NCBI GenBank assembly: GCA_965602015.1
Contig: OZ271918.1
Coordinates: forward strand, 1,152,001 to 1,216,000
Direction: 5' to 3'
Length of the DNA: 64,000 nucleotides
Origin: Salinispira sp.
GTDB lineage: Bacteria > Spirochaetota > Spirochaetia > DSM-27196 > Salinispiraceae
Shown here: piece after piece, positions 37,513 to 48,000 of the stretch
Position numbering within the stretch: the stretch's first letter is position 1
How the letters are laid out: every line of letters begins with the position of its first letter
Made by a program: the position numbers and the translations under genes
The notes under the pieces: generated by a model
Told to the model about the DNA's origin: nothing
What the model saw: the letters and a program-made list of their open reading frames with translations, nothing else
The model's database searches: none

Positions 37513-39471
37513 ATGAGCAATAAACATACTACGCGTAATATCATCATCGCCGCCGGGGGAATTCTTGCGGCCCTACTAATAGCCGGTGTAATTTTTCTCC
37601 TCCCAGGGTCGTCGGACTCTTCAGCGGATGCAAACCCTGAGCGGGAGAACACCCTGATTCTTGCAGGGGAATACATTGAACAGGGTGAGTATGACCGGGC
37701 CCTCGACCTTCTCGAACGTTTGCTGATTGCCAACCCTTCGGATGAACAGGCCCGGACTCTGCGCGATCAGGCCCTGGAGGGCAAACGCATAGCCGCGGCC
37801 GAGGAAGCTGCCGCCGAGGCTGCGAGGCAGAGAAATCTTCAAAACAACATTAGCGCCGATCCCTTTGCCGCCCAGCAGGCCGAGGCTGAAGCCCGGGCAA
37901 GAGAGGCGGCGGCGCGGGAGGCTGAAGCCGAAGCCCGCCGCAAAGAAGCCGAACTTGAGCTGCAGCGGCAGCTGGAGGCTCAGCGGGCAGCCGAAGCCGA
38001 ACGGCGGCGCCAGGAAGAGGAATCCCGCCGGCAGCAGGAAGAAGAGCGTCTTGCCGCCATGAGCGCAGAGGAGGCTGATCGGCAGCGCCAGATTAGCGAT
38101 TTGCTTGAGGAAGCCCGGCGGCTGCAGCAGCAAAGCGAATTCATCAATGCCCGGGGAAAAATAAACCAGGCATTTACCATTGACGACGATTCGGCCCTGG
38201 CCTATGCCCGCATGGCGGAGACCTACGTAGAAGAAGATATAACCAACAACGACAATCTCGCCAGGGCGATCAGCTTTTCCGAACAGTCCATCGAACGAGA
38301 TCCCCGTCTTTGGGAACCCTATTACACCTTGGGTCGCATTTTTAATGAAACCCGTCAATATGACAAGGCGATCCGAGAGCTGACCACCGCTTCGGAGCTT
38401 AACGGCACTAACGCCGATGTTTTCTACGCCCTGGGCAATGCCCAATTCGATGCCAGGCGTTTCAGCGACGCCCGTCAGAGTTATGAGGCCTCGGTGTTCC
38501 TGGACTCCAGCAATGAACGGGCCCATTTTAACCTCGGGCTGACCTTCGAGAGGCTTGGGCAACGGGACCTGGCAATCCAGGCCTACCGCCGGGCTATCGC
38601 CGTCAAGGCGGACTATGCTTCGGCTTACAACCGAATAGGGGAGCTGCTGCTTGAAAACTGGGATCTTGAAAACGCCCTGGTGAACCTCCAGCAGGCGGTG
38701 ACCCTGGAAAACAATGCCCGGAATAACCGGGCCCTTGCCCGGTCGTACTACAGCATGCAACGCTATGATCAGGCCCTTGAGTTCTATCTCGTGGCAGTAC
38801 GGCTGGAGCCCGGCAGGGCGCAAAACCAGTACAATGTGGCTGCAGTCCTGCTGGACCTCAATCGAGCAGAGGAAGCCCTGCCGTATGCCGCCCGGGCCGT
38901 AGAAATAGACAACTCTGTTCCCGAATACTTCTACACCCTTGGATTGGCGATAAAGCAGCTCGGCTCCGGCGACCAGGCCCGGCAGTACTTTGAAGCGGCA
39001 ATCCAGCTCAATAACGCCTATCTCAGGCCGAGGATTGAACTGGCCCGGATTCATATTGACGAGGAGGATTACGACGCCGCTCTACAGGAACTGCTTGATG
39101 CGTACCGGATTAACTCGACCAGGGCTGACGTTAACAACAACCTGGCCACTGTATACCGATTAAAGAATCTCTTTGAGGATAGTCTCTCTCACTCGGCATC
39201 GGCCATACAGGCAGAGCCAAATTCGGCGTTATTGCGGTATAATCTCGCCCTGACCCTCATAGCCATGGAGAGCTTTCCCGAGGCGGAAAGCAGCCTGGAA
39301 ACCGCGATTAATCTCAACGCCAGTTATTGGGATGCCTACCTGCGGCTGGGGGAAGTGCTCATCGCCCAGGATAAAAAATCCGAAGCCCGAACTGTGCTGG
39401 AAAATCTGGTTAGCCGGGGCTCTGATACTGCCCAGGCCGCAAGCGCAAGCGAGCTGCTGCAATCATTGTAA
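37513..39471 (+). CDS. Membrane-anchored TPR protein (LMP1-like architecture)
   Basis: N-terminal TM, E/A/R/Q-rich helical stalk, about a dozen TPRs; adjacent to mutL. Confidence 0.82.
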   Translation: MSNKHTTRNIIIAAGGILAALLIAGVIFLLPGSSDSSADANPERENTLILAGEYIEQGEYDRALDLLERLLIANPSDEQARTLRDQALEGKRIAAAEEAAAEAARQRNLQNNISADPFAAQQAEAEARAREAAAREAEAEARRKEAELELQRQLEAQRAAEAERRRQEEESRRQQEEERLAAMSAEEADRQRQISDLLEEARRLQQQSEFINARGKINQAFTIDDDSALAYARMAETYVEEDITNNDNLARAISFSEQSIERDPRLWEPYYTLGRIFNETRQYDKAIRELTTASELNGTNADVFYALGNAQFDARRFSDARQSYEASVFLDSSNERAHFNLGLTFERLGQRDLAIQAYRRAIAVKADYASAYNRIGELLLENWDLENALVNLQQAVTLENNARNNRALARSYYSMQRYDQALEFYLVAVRLEPGRAQNQYNVAAVLLDLNRAEEALPYAARAVEIDNSVPEYFYTLGLAIKQLGSGDQARQYFEAAIQLNNAYLRPRIELARIHIDEEDYDAALQELLDAYRINSTRADVNNNLATVYRLKNLFEDSLSHSASAIQAEPNSALLRYNLALTLIAMESFPEAESSLETAINLNASYWDAYLRLGEVLIAQDKKSEARTVLENLVSRGSDTAQAASASELLQSL

Positions 39472-39519
39472 ATCCCGCACCTCACTGGTTTTGGGGAGGC
39501 TCAGATAAAAACCGCCTGG

Positions 39520-41337
39520 TCACACAACACGGCCGACCAGCTGGAAGAGCTCGCTCTTTGTAAGGGTAAACCAGATGGGCCTTCCGTGGGGACAGCGTTT
39601 TACCGGCAGGCGCCAACTCTCTTCTATGATCATCCGCGCCGTGGCGCGGTCGAGCACGTCGCCGTCCTTGACCGCTGTGCGGCAGGCCATATTCTCATAT
39701 AAACGGGTCTCCAGGTCTTTCACGCTGGAACCCAGTTCATCGATCAGCCCCGGCAGCATGCGCTCTTTACCGGAAAACGCCGAAGGAACCCGGCGTATTT
39801 CCAAATTTCCCGCACTATCCGCCGAAGCCTCAAAGCCGATGCTGCCCAATTCCTCTGCCAGAAACTGGCGGTGGCCTGTCAATAACGGATCATCATTCTC
39901 CATCACCAAGGGAATAAGCAGGTTCTCACTCGGCCCTGACGCTTTAAACCGTTCAAACAGGATTCTTTCATGAGCCGCATGCATATCGATAAGATACAGG
40001 CTGTCTTTCATCTCAACCATAAGGAAAAGAGAAAACACCTGCCCCAAGTAACGGTAGGGTGGGATATCATGGGAACCACTACGATCCGGGCCGGTTTCAT
40101 CGATAACGGAGCCGGGGATGGATTCCCGGATTTCCGGCGCGTCGTCAAATTGACTGTGATAATTAAACGCCCGGTCAGGGGCGGAATCCGGCACAGCGCC
40201 GGAAAACGGCCTCATTGCTTGATGACTATCACTCAGACTGTCCCTGAAGCTTCGCTGAGATTCCGTTGACTCTCGGTCTACCCGTTGAGTGAACAAGGTA
40301 CGGGGTTCAACAAAGGGCTGGGGTTCACCGCTGACGATGTCATTGAGGGCGTTTTGAATGTGCTGACGAAGCGAACGGTGAAGAATATCGGGCCGGGAAA
40401 ACCTCACCTCCCGTTTCGCCGGATGAATATTGAAGTCAACCTCCGACGGATCGATGGTAAGGAAGACAAAGCCAACCGGGTAGGTTCCCCCGGGCAACAC
40501 GTCCGACATGGCGTATTCAACAGCATGAACCAGGGAAAATTCGGATATTCTTCTGGTATTGCAGTGTATATGAATGAATTTCCTATCGGACCGGTGAAGC
40601 GGCGGTACCCCGATAATGCAGGTAAAGGAGAAGCCTTCACCGGCCCCCCGCACTTCACGCAGCAAGTCCACCGTGCATTGGGCGGGATACATTTGAGCGA
40701 TGCGCTGAAGGAAGTCATGGGCACCCAAGGCCGGCAGCAGATCCCTGGTCTGTCCGTCGGTAAAAAAGCGGAACTCTACCTGGGGGTGGGCGGCGGCCTT
40801 TTCCAGGAGCACATTTCGGCACAGCCGGGTTTCGGCCCCCGCCGACTTAATGAACTTCTTTCTCGCCGGCAGATTGAAGAAGATATCCCGTACGGCCACC
40901 GAGGTTCCCCGGTCTGCGCTGACTTTTATAAGCCGCGGCGATGATCCGCCCTGTACCGTCAGGCGGTTTGCCGCCGGCGATTCCTCAGTTCTGCTGGTTA
41001 TCTCAAGTTTCGATACCGCTGCTATGCTAGACAGGGCTTCCCCGCGAAACCCCAGGGTGCTTACAGTGAGAAGATCATCTTCATGGCGGATTTTGCTGGT
41101 GGCGTGGCTGTGCCAGCAGAGCTGTATATCCTCTTTCGACATACCCGCTCCGTCGTCCCTGACTTGAATGAGGGAGGTGCCCCCCTGTTCAATGCGGACC
41201 TCGATGTTGCGCGCGCCGGCATCAAGTGCATTGTCGAGAAGCTCCCTCAATACGGAAAACGGCCGGTCGATTACCTCGCCGGCCGCGATCTTTTTTGCAA
41301 CGTCACCCCGGAGGACCTCGATCCTCCGGGGGTTCAT
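39520..41337 (-). CDS. mutL: DNA mismatch repair protein MutL
   Basis: KIAAGEVIDRP, ELLDNALDAGA, DDGAGM, HATSKI, LGFRGEALSSI, DFNIHPAKREV, DMHAAHERI, ACR, CPHGRP. Confidence 0.97.
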   Translation of the reverse strand: MNPRRIEVLRGDVAKKIAAGEVIDRPFSVLRELLDNALDAGARNIEVRIEQGGTSLIQVRDDGAGMSKEDIQLCWHSHATSKIRHEDDLLTVSTLGFRGEALSSIAAVSKLEITSRTEESPAANRLTVQGGSSPRLIKVSADRGTSVAVRDIFFNLPARKKFIKSAGAETRLCRNVLLEKAAAHPQVEFRFFTDGQTRDLLPALGAHDFLQRIAQMYPAQCTVDLLREVRGAGEGFSFTCIIGVPPLHRSDRKFIHIHCNTRRISEFSLVHAVEYAMSDVLPGGTYPVGFVFLTIDPSEVDFNIHPAKREVRFSRPDILHRSLRQHIQNALNDIVSGEPQPFVEPRTLFTQRVDRESTESQRSFRDSLSDSHQAMRPFSGAVPDSAPDRAFNYHSQFDDAPEIRESIPGSVIDETGPDRSGSHDIPPYRYLGQVFSLFLMVEMKDSLYLIDMHAAHERILFERFKASGPSENLLIPLVMENDDPLLTGHRQFLAEELGSIGFEASADSAGNLEIRRVPSAFSGKERMLPGLIDELGSSVKDLETRLYENMACRTAVKDGDVLDRATARMIIEESWRLPVKRCPHGRPIWFTLTKSELFQLVGRVV

Positions 41338-41354
41338 ATGTTGTGTATCCAATA

Positions 41355-43652
41355 TCAGTTTCCGATTCTGGTCTCCAGTCCGATGGACGGACCGATGACG
41401 GGTTTTCCATCCCGGTACACGATATTGCCGTTTTCATCCCGCAGCACGTTGGTGCTGACGGTGAATGCCAGGTTGATTCCAGGCGCTATGGCCACGACGC
41501 CTTCGCCCTTCAACGTGGCATTTTCGTCGAAGAGCTTGGTAACCGCGTCTTCCTGGAATACATCCCTGAAACGAACCCTGTCGTAGGCCAGGGACGCTTC
41601 CATTTCCCAGGGAAGGAAGCTCAGCAGTTCCTTGTCGACGCCGAAGCTCAGGTTAAAATAGTCCTCAGCGTCGGTGGAAATCTCGTTGGTGGTTTGGTCA
41701 ATGGTCCAGGGCCACAGATATCCCATTTCCAGGGTCAGCCGGTCCTGGAAGAGGCTGAAACCTCCCTGGCCGTACACGCCCATGGTGTAGCTGTCGTATT
41801 CCTCGGCTTCCGGGTTTTGCAGATAGTTGACCACCCCGACGGCCCGCTCGCCGCGGATTCGGTCGTAAGGCTGGTTGTAGAAACCCGGGATAAAGCTGCC
41901 GGTGTAATACTGGAACTGAAGCCGATAATCGATGAACAGCACGTTACCAAAGGCGCCGGCTTCGATACCGTAGTTTCTGAAACCGTCCTCGGTGAAAATG
42001 GCGTCAAACTTGAAGCCTTCCTCGAGTCCCAGGTCGGAGTTTGATTCTCCCAGATACGGCAACAGGGAGGCGGCGTCGGCGAAGAACACCAGAGAAAGAA
42101 TATCGTTTTCCATGATGGGCATATCGAGGTCAACCGCAGCATTGATAAATGCCGGTTTAACGGATAAGGCGTCTTCCTGATCGTCGTTCAGATCCGCCGG
42201 GTCTACCCCGTCAAACACTTCCCATGGTGTCAGGTCTGCGGCGGCGCTGATCGCGAATCCTGCCCGGGCACCGAATTGAATACGGAATCCGTACAGGAAG
42301 GGATCGGATAGGTCATTCACCAGGGTCTGGATCTTTAGGCCAGGAGTGGTGATGCCCAGGTTCACGCCGATGCGGCGTACAGACGGGAAGTCGGCATCGT
42401 TCGCGTAGCCCCGAATAAGAATGCCGTGTCCCAGCGTCATGCTTTCAACATTACCGAGCTGGAAGAAGAATGGATCGCGAAGATCGCCCCATTGCAGGTA
42501 CTTAAACTTCAGCACCAGGTCACTGGTAAAGTCGGAGATAACCGCCAGAATGTCTTCCTGATCCTGATCCGTACCAAAACTCCACTCGTCGTTGCCCCGG
42601 GGGCGGTACCAGTCATCGGGATCGAGGAAATTCGAGGTGTAGATAATCGGCAGATAAAGCTGGGTTTGTAATTTGCCGAGGCTGAACTCGGGCTGGAAGA
42701 CCGCTTTGCTGTAGGTTTCCCCGTCAATGGTAATTGAACCGATTTCCATGCCGAGCCATCCCAAGGCATCCATGATTATGCTGTCTTCGGGGATGGTGTC
42801 CGGAAGTCCGTCTTCTTCTTCACCTTCGGTTCCCTCATCTCCACCATCGCCGGCAGCGGGGTTCTGAACGACAACCGGATCGGCGCTGTCGCCATCTTCG
42901 GCGGCTTCTTCATCTTCAGCTTCTTCTTCGGCGCTTTCTTCTTCCTCAGCCGGCTCTTCGTCTTCCAGCTCGGTGGGAACCGTGCCGGTATCCACGTTTT
43001 CGCTGAACTGGTTGAGGTCTGCAAATTGCTCGGCGAACTGCTCGGGATCGAAGGCGTTGGCTATGAGTTCTGTGGCGTTGGCGAACTGGTTTTGTGCAAG
43101 CTGCACAATTTCACCGGCGAAGTCGAAGCCGCTCTCGCTGGCTGGACCGAAATCCACAAGACCCTCGAGGACGAACAGCTCATTGCTGTTGGCGTCGAAG
43201 GTGAAGTCGGTTCCCCGCACCCCTGCAATGGCCGAGGTGGAGCGGATGCGCATATTGGCGCTGCCGCCCAAGCGGGCTGCGACGGTCCTCACCCGACCGC
43301 TGGTAACTGCGAAGTTGTTGTTTCCGCTGTTCCGGCTGGGAGAGAGGCTGTCGATGGTAAAATCGGTGCCGGGAGCCAGCTTCATGATTGACCCGTTGGG
43401 ATCGAGCTGAAGCTCGGCTGTGCCGTTTACCGTTTGAATGCGTGAACCCGGCGGTAATTCAAGATCAAACACAAGGTTGCCGATGTCATCGCTGTATGTG
43501 GTAACGGTATTGTCGGCTTCAGGCACCACGACGACAACTTCAAAGGCATCGTAGTACACCAGCCGGGCGACCGGGCCGTCGGCCTGGGCCGTCAGGAGGG
43601 CCAGCGGCAATATCAGCAGCAGCCCAATGGCTAAAAATCGTTTTACATTCAT
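41355..43652 (-). CDS. Exported FecR-domain protein with acidic linker and C-terminal beta-rich domain
   Basis: Signal peptide; IQT..GTAELQL, AIAGVRGTDF, VLEGLV FecR motifs; C-terminal half paralogous to the next gene. Confidence 0.75.
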   Translation of the reverse strand: MNVKRFLAIGLLLILPLALLTAQADGPVARLVYYDAFEVVVVVPEADNTVTTYSDDIGNLVFDLELPPGSRIQTVNGTAELQLDPNGSIMKLAPGTDFTIDSLSPSRNSGNNNFAVTSGRVRTVAARLGGSANMRIRSTSAIAGVRGTDFTFDANSNELFVLEGLVDFGPASESGFDFAGEIVQLAQNQFANATELIANAFDPEQFAEQFADLNQFSENVDTGTVPTELEDEEPAEEEESAEEEAEDEEAAEDGDSADPVVVQNPAAGDGGDEGTEGEEEDGLPDTIPEDSIIMDALGWLGMEIGSITIDGETYSKAVFQPEFSLGKLQTQLYLPIIYTSNFLDPDDWYRPRGNDEWSFGTDQDQEDILAVISDFTSDLVLKFKYLQWGDLRDPFFFQLGNVESMTLGHGILIRGYANDADFPSVRRIGVNLGITTPGLKIQTLVNDLSDPFLYGFRIQFGARAGFAISAAADLTPWEVFDGVDPADLNDDQEDALSVKPAFINAAVDLDMPIMENDILSLVFFADAASLLPYLGESNSDLGLEEGFKFDAIFTEDGFRNYGIEAGAFGNVLFIDYRLQFQYYTGSFIPGFYNQPYDRIRGERAVGVVNYLQNPEAEEYDSYTMGVYGQGGFSLFQDRLTLEMGYLWPWTIDQTTNEISTDAEDYFNLSFGVDKELLSFLPWEMEASLAYDRVRFRDVFQEDAVTKLFDENATLKGEGVVAIAPGINLAFTVSTNVLRDENGNIVYRDGKPVIGPSIGLETRIGN

Positions 43653-43663
43653 GCTTCCTCCCC

Positions 43664-45013
43664 TTAATTAAAGAGCGAGACGGTAGTCTCAAGCTTGGTG
43701 GTAATCTGCCAATTCTCCCCGTCCGCGTCGGTGGTCGGCGAGTATTTCAGATCGTAAATCATACTGATGGTAGCCGGACCGGTGGTGTAACCAATCCTGG
43801 CTTGAATAAGAGCATTTTCTGCGGAAACCAGGTCAGACAGACTGGTTATGTATTTCTTCTGATAGCTTGCGTCAATGCCGAAGCCGAATAAAAGCTCCGG
43901 TGAAACATGGAGCCGCCCGGTGAGGGTGGGATTCGCCTCATCGACCTCGGGGTCCGGCGCGAAGGGTCCCTCGATGCTTGCGGTAAAGCTCACCATTTCT
44001 TCGAGGGCATCGAATCCCAGGCTTGCGAACCAGCCGAAATAGCCGTCGAGTTCCACTTCGCCGGTGTATACCAGCCATTTCTCAACCCGGAACAGGTCGT
44101 AACTCGAGTCAAAGTAGGCGGGAATAAAATTATCGCCAAGGAGCCGAAGCTGGGCACCGTAGGTTATGAGGTTTATCAGCTTACCCCCTGCGCCGAGCAT
44201 TGCCCCGGTATTGCCGTTTTGGACCACCACATCTGAAAAGGCGGCGAGACTGACTGCCTGACTTGCGAGAATCGGCAGGCGCAGATCCACACCCCAGACG
44301 CTGACCGGCGAGGCCTGATCAAAAAATGCGGTATAGGGGCTGTCGTCCTTTTTACGCTCGAAATAGAAGGGATCCCGGTCGACAACGGCGGTGAAGCCAA
44401 GCTGCAGGTCCTTAATGATGGGGATTCCGGTAAAATAGATCGGCCGGGTATAGAGTCTGCCTCCCAAAAGGTCGAAGGCCGCCAGGTTGCCTATGACGGT
44501 CTCGAGTCCGATGTAGGGGAAATCGAAGAGCATGGCGTCAAAATCGAAGGCCAGCCCGGACACCCGCTGCTCAGGGAGAAATAAGCTGTTGGAGTAATTC
44601 GCGATGATAAAGCCGTTTCCTAAAAGAAAGTCATCGATGGCGCCGATTTTTCCAAATAGATCATCGCCTTTGAAGCCATACCGTATGTAGCGGAATATCG
44701 GCAGGTAGAGCTCGACGAAGCTGTACTCCTCGCTGGGGATCCAGTCTTCTTCACGGATGCGGAATCCCGGGCTGCCGTCTTCCTGGCTGAATGAAAAATT
44801 GAAATCCAGGGCCAGGCCTATTCCCCAATTTCCGAACGAAAAGTCCGGTCTGGGGCTTAAATTCTGCCAGCTTTCCAATTCTCCGGTCTCCGGGTCTTCT
44901 ATGACCACAGTGCCAAGGCCGAGATCCATCCCGAATCCGAAGCCTTCCTGGGCGACCAGCATTACCGGTGTCAGTAAAATAATGAGTATAAGCAGTGGAC
45001 GAAACAACCTCAT
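43664..45013 (-). CDS. Putative outer-membrane beta-barrel protein
   Basis: Signal peptide, alternating amphipathic strands, near-terminal Phe; GGAGG RBS. Confidence 0.6.
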   Translation of the reverse strand: MRLFRPLLILIILLTPVMLVAQEGFGFGMDLGLGTVVIEDPETGELESWQNLSPRPDFSFGNWGIGLALDFNFSFSQEDGSPGFRIREEDWIPSEEYSFVELYLPIFRYIRYGFKGDDLFGKIGAIDDFLLGNGFIIANYSNSLFLPEQRVSGLAFDFDAMLFDFPYIGLETVIGNLAAFDLLGGRLYTRPIYFTGIPIIKDLQLGFTAVVDRDPFYFERKKDDSPYTAFFDQASPVSVWGVDLRLPILASQAVSLAAFSDVVVQNGNTGAMLGAGGKLINLITYGAQLRLLGDNFIPAYFDSSYDLFRVEKWLVYTGEVELDGYFGWFASLGFDALEEMVSFTASIEGPFAPDPEVDEANPTLTGRLHVSPELLFGFGIDASYQKKYITSLSDLVSAENALIQARIGYTTGPATISMIYDLKYSPTTDADGENWQITTKLETTVSLFN

Positions 45014-45059
45014 GGTATCCTCCTGTTGTTTGCGCGGGAACGAAGGCCTCGCAAGGCTA

Positions 45060-45087
45060 AATATATCTCAGCATTCCCTCATGTCAA
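45060..45087 (-). promoter_or_regulatory. Putative sigma70 promoter
   Basis: Minus strand TTGACA-N16-TATATT upstream of 45013. Confidence 0.5.
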
Positions 45088-45089
45088 TT

Positions 45090-48000
45090 CTAATAAGAAA
45101 GTTTGAGTAATGCATCCAATTCTACACCTAATGTATGAGAAAAACGGTAATTAATATCCTCAATGGCCCGGTTTTCATATCTCGCCCGAATGCCAAGGCT
45201 CAGGCTGCCCAGCTCGGAGAACTGCAGGGCGCTTCGGTGACTGAGGTCAACGCTTACTCCCGGCGGGGAGGTAATGAGGTTTTGGCCGCCGGGGGATCCG
45301 GGACGCAGCCCCGAGAAGGATATCTCCAAGGACTCTTTGTTCTCCAGCCTAAGCTCCTCGGAAAGGCTGCTCCGCTCTTCAATAAACCGGCTCAAGGCCC
45401 CTTCCCGGTTTAAGGGAACTACCCAGGTCAAAACCTGATGTAGGCTAATCCGCCATGGCACCGGCCCCCGGGAGGCGAAGTCTGCGGAGAGCCGGTTTGT
45501 CAAAGACGAGGCCTTCCATGGCTCATACAGCACTGGTTCGAGGATAAAAGAGAGAAGCCAATCATCCCGGGTATCGATATCGCTTCTAAGCCGCTGTTCG
45601 AAAAACCATTCATCTGAACGGTAGAAGTTTAGCCCGCCATAGCGGCCCAGGCTGCCGAACAGATTTACCGCCTGCCAGCTCACCACGGATTCCAGCTCCC
45701 TCACGTCGCTGACGATGCCCGATTCCCACAGGATTGCCCGGTCTATCGAAAGGGAAACTCCCGCCGGATGCACAATATCGAGAAGCTTGGAACCGGGAGT
45801 TCGCCAAAAATTTATGCCGGCCCGCTGTTCATGGCGGAGAAGCCATGGAGAACCGATGGCCTGGCTTTGATTCAATTCTGTAATGAGCTGATTATCCAGC
45901 TCATCCTGAAAAATACCGAAAACGTATCGTGGAACGGCTATGCCGTGTATTGCCTGAATCTGAGCTGCCGCCCTTCCCATGTCGTCAAAAAAACCTCCGG
46001 TTTCGCGAAATTCCGAAATTCCGTGATCCTGGTCAAATGAGATGCTGATTCCGCTGTCAGGAGTTATATCCAGACCAACTGAGACGTCCTGAGTCAGTCC
46101 GCCGTTGAACGTTGCCTCCGGCAGGCTTTGGTAGCCGGTGGACAGGGCGAGGGACGGTGAGAAGTCAAGACGCCCAACCTGAATTGCAGGAGCAAGGGTA
46201 ATTTCAGTCTGCCGGGTAAAATCGGGACTCTCGCTAAGCCTCCAATCAGCCCTGAGCAGACTGGCGGCATAACCGGCAAAATAGTCCGGCGCTTCATTCC
46301 CTGACAGGCTGGTCGGTCCTTCGAGGGCTTCGTTTATGGAAAACTGCAGCGAACTGCGTAACCCAAGCCGGCTCGACGGATTATCGGCGTCCGCTTCACC
46401 AATATTCCGCGAGTAATCCAATGAGCTGTTCCAGCCCCGCTGGATGTTTGCCTCATCCTGGGAGAGCGAATAGTCGATGCCCGCATCCCCGGCTTCGCCC
46501 AGGCTGACGGTAATGCCGGCTCCCCGCTCGTGACGGACGCCGCCATCCGATGCAGCCTGGCGATAGCTATCGCGGATTGTAAGACCATTAATGGGATTGG
46601 CAATAATCCGCTGCTCAATATCTCTGCTAATGGTTCCATCGGTGGGAAAAAAAAATGCGGAATCAAAAAGGACTTCACTGAACCCAAACCGTCCATCTAT
46701 CAGCGCCCGGGAATCAACTCCTGCCGGCTGATCAAAACCTCCGCTCTGGTATCCTCCGGAGAATCTCACTCTCCGCAGCCGGACCTCAAAAGGGGTCTGC
46801 TCGGCAAGAACCCAGCCCTGGGGCCGGTATTCCATATCAGCGGCAAATGAACCGCGAATAGAACTGGCCGGCCGGGAAAACCGGGGAGTGCCGGTCACCA
46901 GGCTACCGGCTGCCCCCTCGGTGAACCGGAGGCCCAGGTATCGCAGGTCACCTGAGGGGAGTGATGCGGAAAAATCGACCTGCTGCACTATTTCCCCCGA
47001 CGGGTCGCGAAGAAGCAGCAGGTTGTTTTCAAGATCGATGCCTAAGGTAACATCGCCGCTCAGGGCTCCCGGGGACAGGCTGCCGAGGGCAGTACTGTTA
47101 ATTTCTACGGAAATCTGGCCGGCGCCGCCGCTTAATTGGGAAAGCGGTACTTCCAAAAGGCCGTACATTCCCATTGGGCTTGCGCCGAGATCGTACAACA
47201 GGGTTGCCGCTTCCCCCGGACGGCTGTCCCACCGGACTTCATAGCTGCTATTGGCAGTCTCACGCACCCGGCCGCCTGCGCCGTTCACGCTTAGCGGGGT
47301 GCGGGTGAAGCTCGCCCGGGAAACAAGTATTCTGCCCTGGCTGGCAGCGTCGCTGTACAGTACTAGGCGCAGCGACGGCAGTTCGGGAACCCTGGAAATT
47401 TCCAGGTCGCTGAACTGTATTTCGTATTTCTGCCACACATCGGAGGCCGTGTCGATCTGCCCCAGGTAACGGGTAATGTTTGCCGCTCTGTTAGCCCGGT
47501 TGAGAATTCCGTCGCCGTTTATATCCTCGCTGACCGGCTCCCAGTTTTCCCGGTATTCCCTTCCGGGATAGCCGGCGATCAGGTCTCCCGAATCAAGGGA
47601 GAGCACATACCCCAGGTCTTCGGGACTAGCCTGGCTGTCCAGCACATTGTCCCCATCGCTGTCTTCCGAAAGGGCGCCGAATTCAAGGGCAAGTTGCAAT
47701 GGCCCCGCACTGACTTCTTCTGCGAGAATGTACAGCTCAAGACCCTGAATCAGCCCCGGCGGATCCCCGGGGGAGTACTGATATCCGCTCCAACTCCCGG
47801 CGCTTAAGTCGAACTCCAGGGCCGCCACGGCTCCCGAGACCGGATCATCCGTTGATGCCAATATCGGGTACGGTCCGGCGGCTTGCTCTACTAAGTCGGG
47901 TTCGGAGGAAAAAGCATCCCTGGTTAAAAGGAAGCCCCGGAAATCGCTTCGATAGTCCCGGAAGCGCAGGCTGCCCCTGCGGCCCCCGAGATTGCTGATA

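Noticed and set aside
37621..39054. 477-aa minus-strand ORF
   Set aside because: Fully antisense to the TPR gene, no recognisable motifs; typical GC-rich shadow frame.
39488..39496. GTTTTGGGG resembling the right half of the IS1111 target
   Set aside because: Lacks the adjacent AAGTG left half and TG core; a 9-mer match is plausible by chance.
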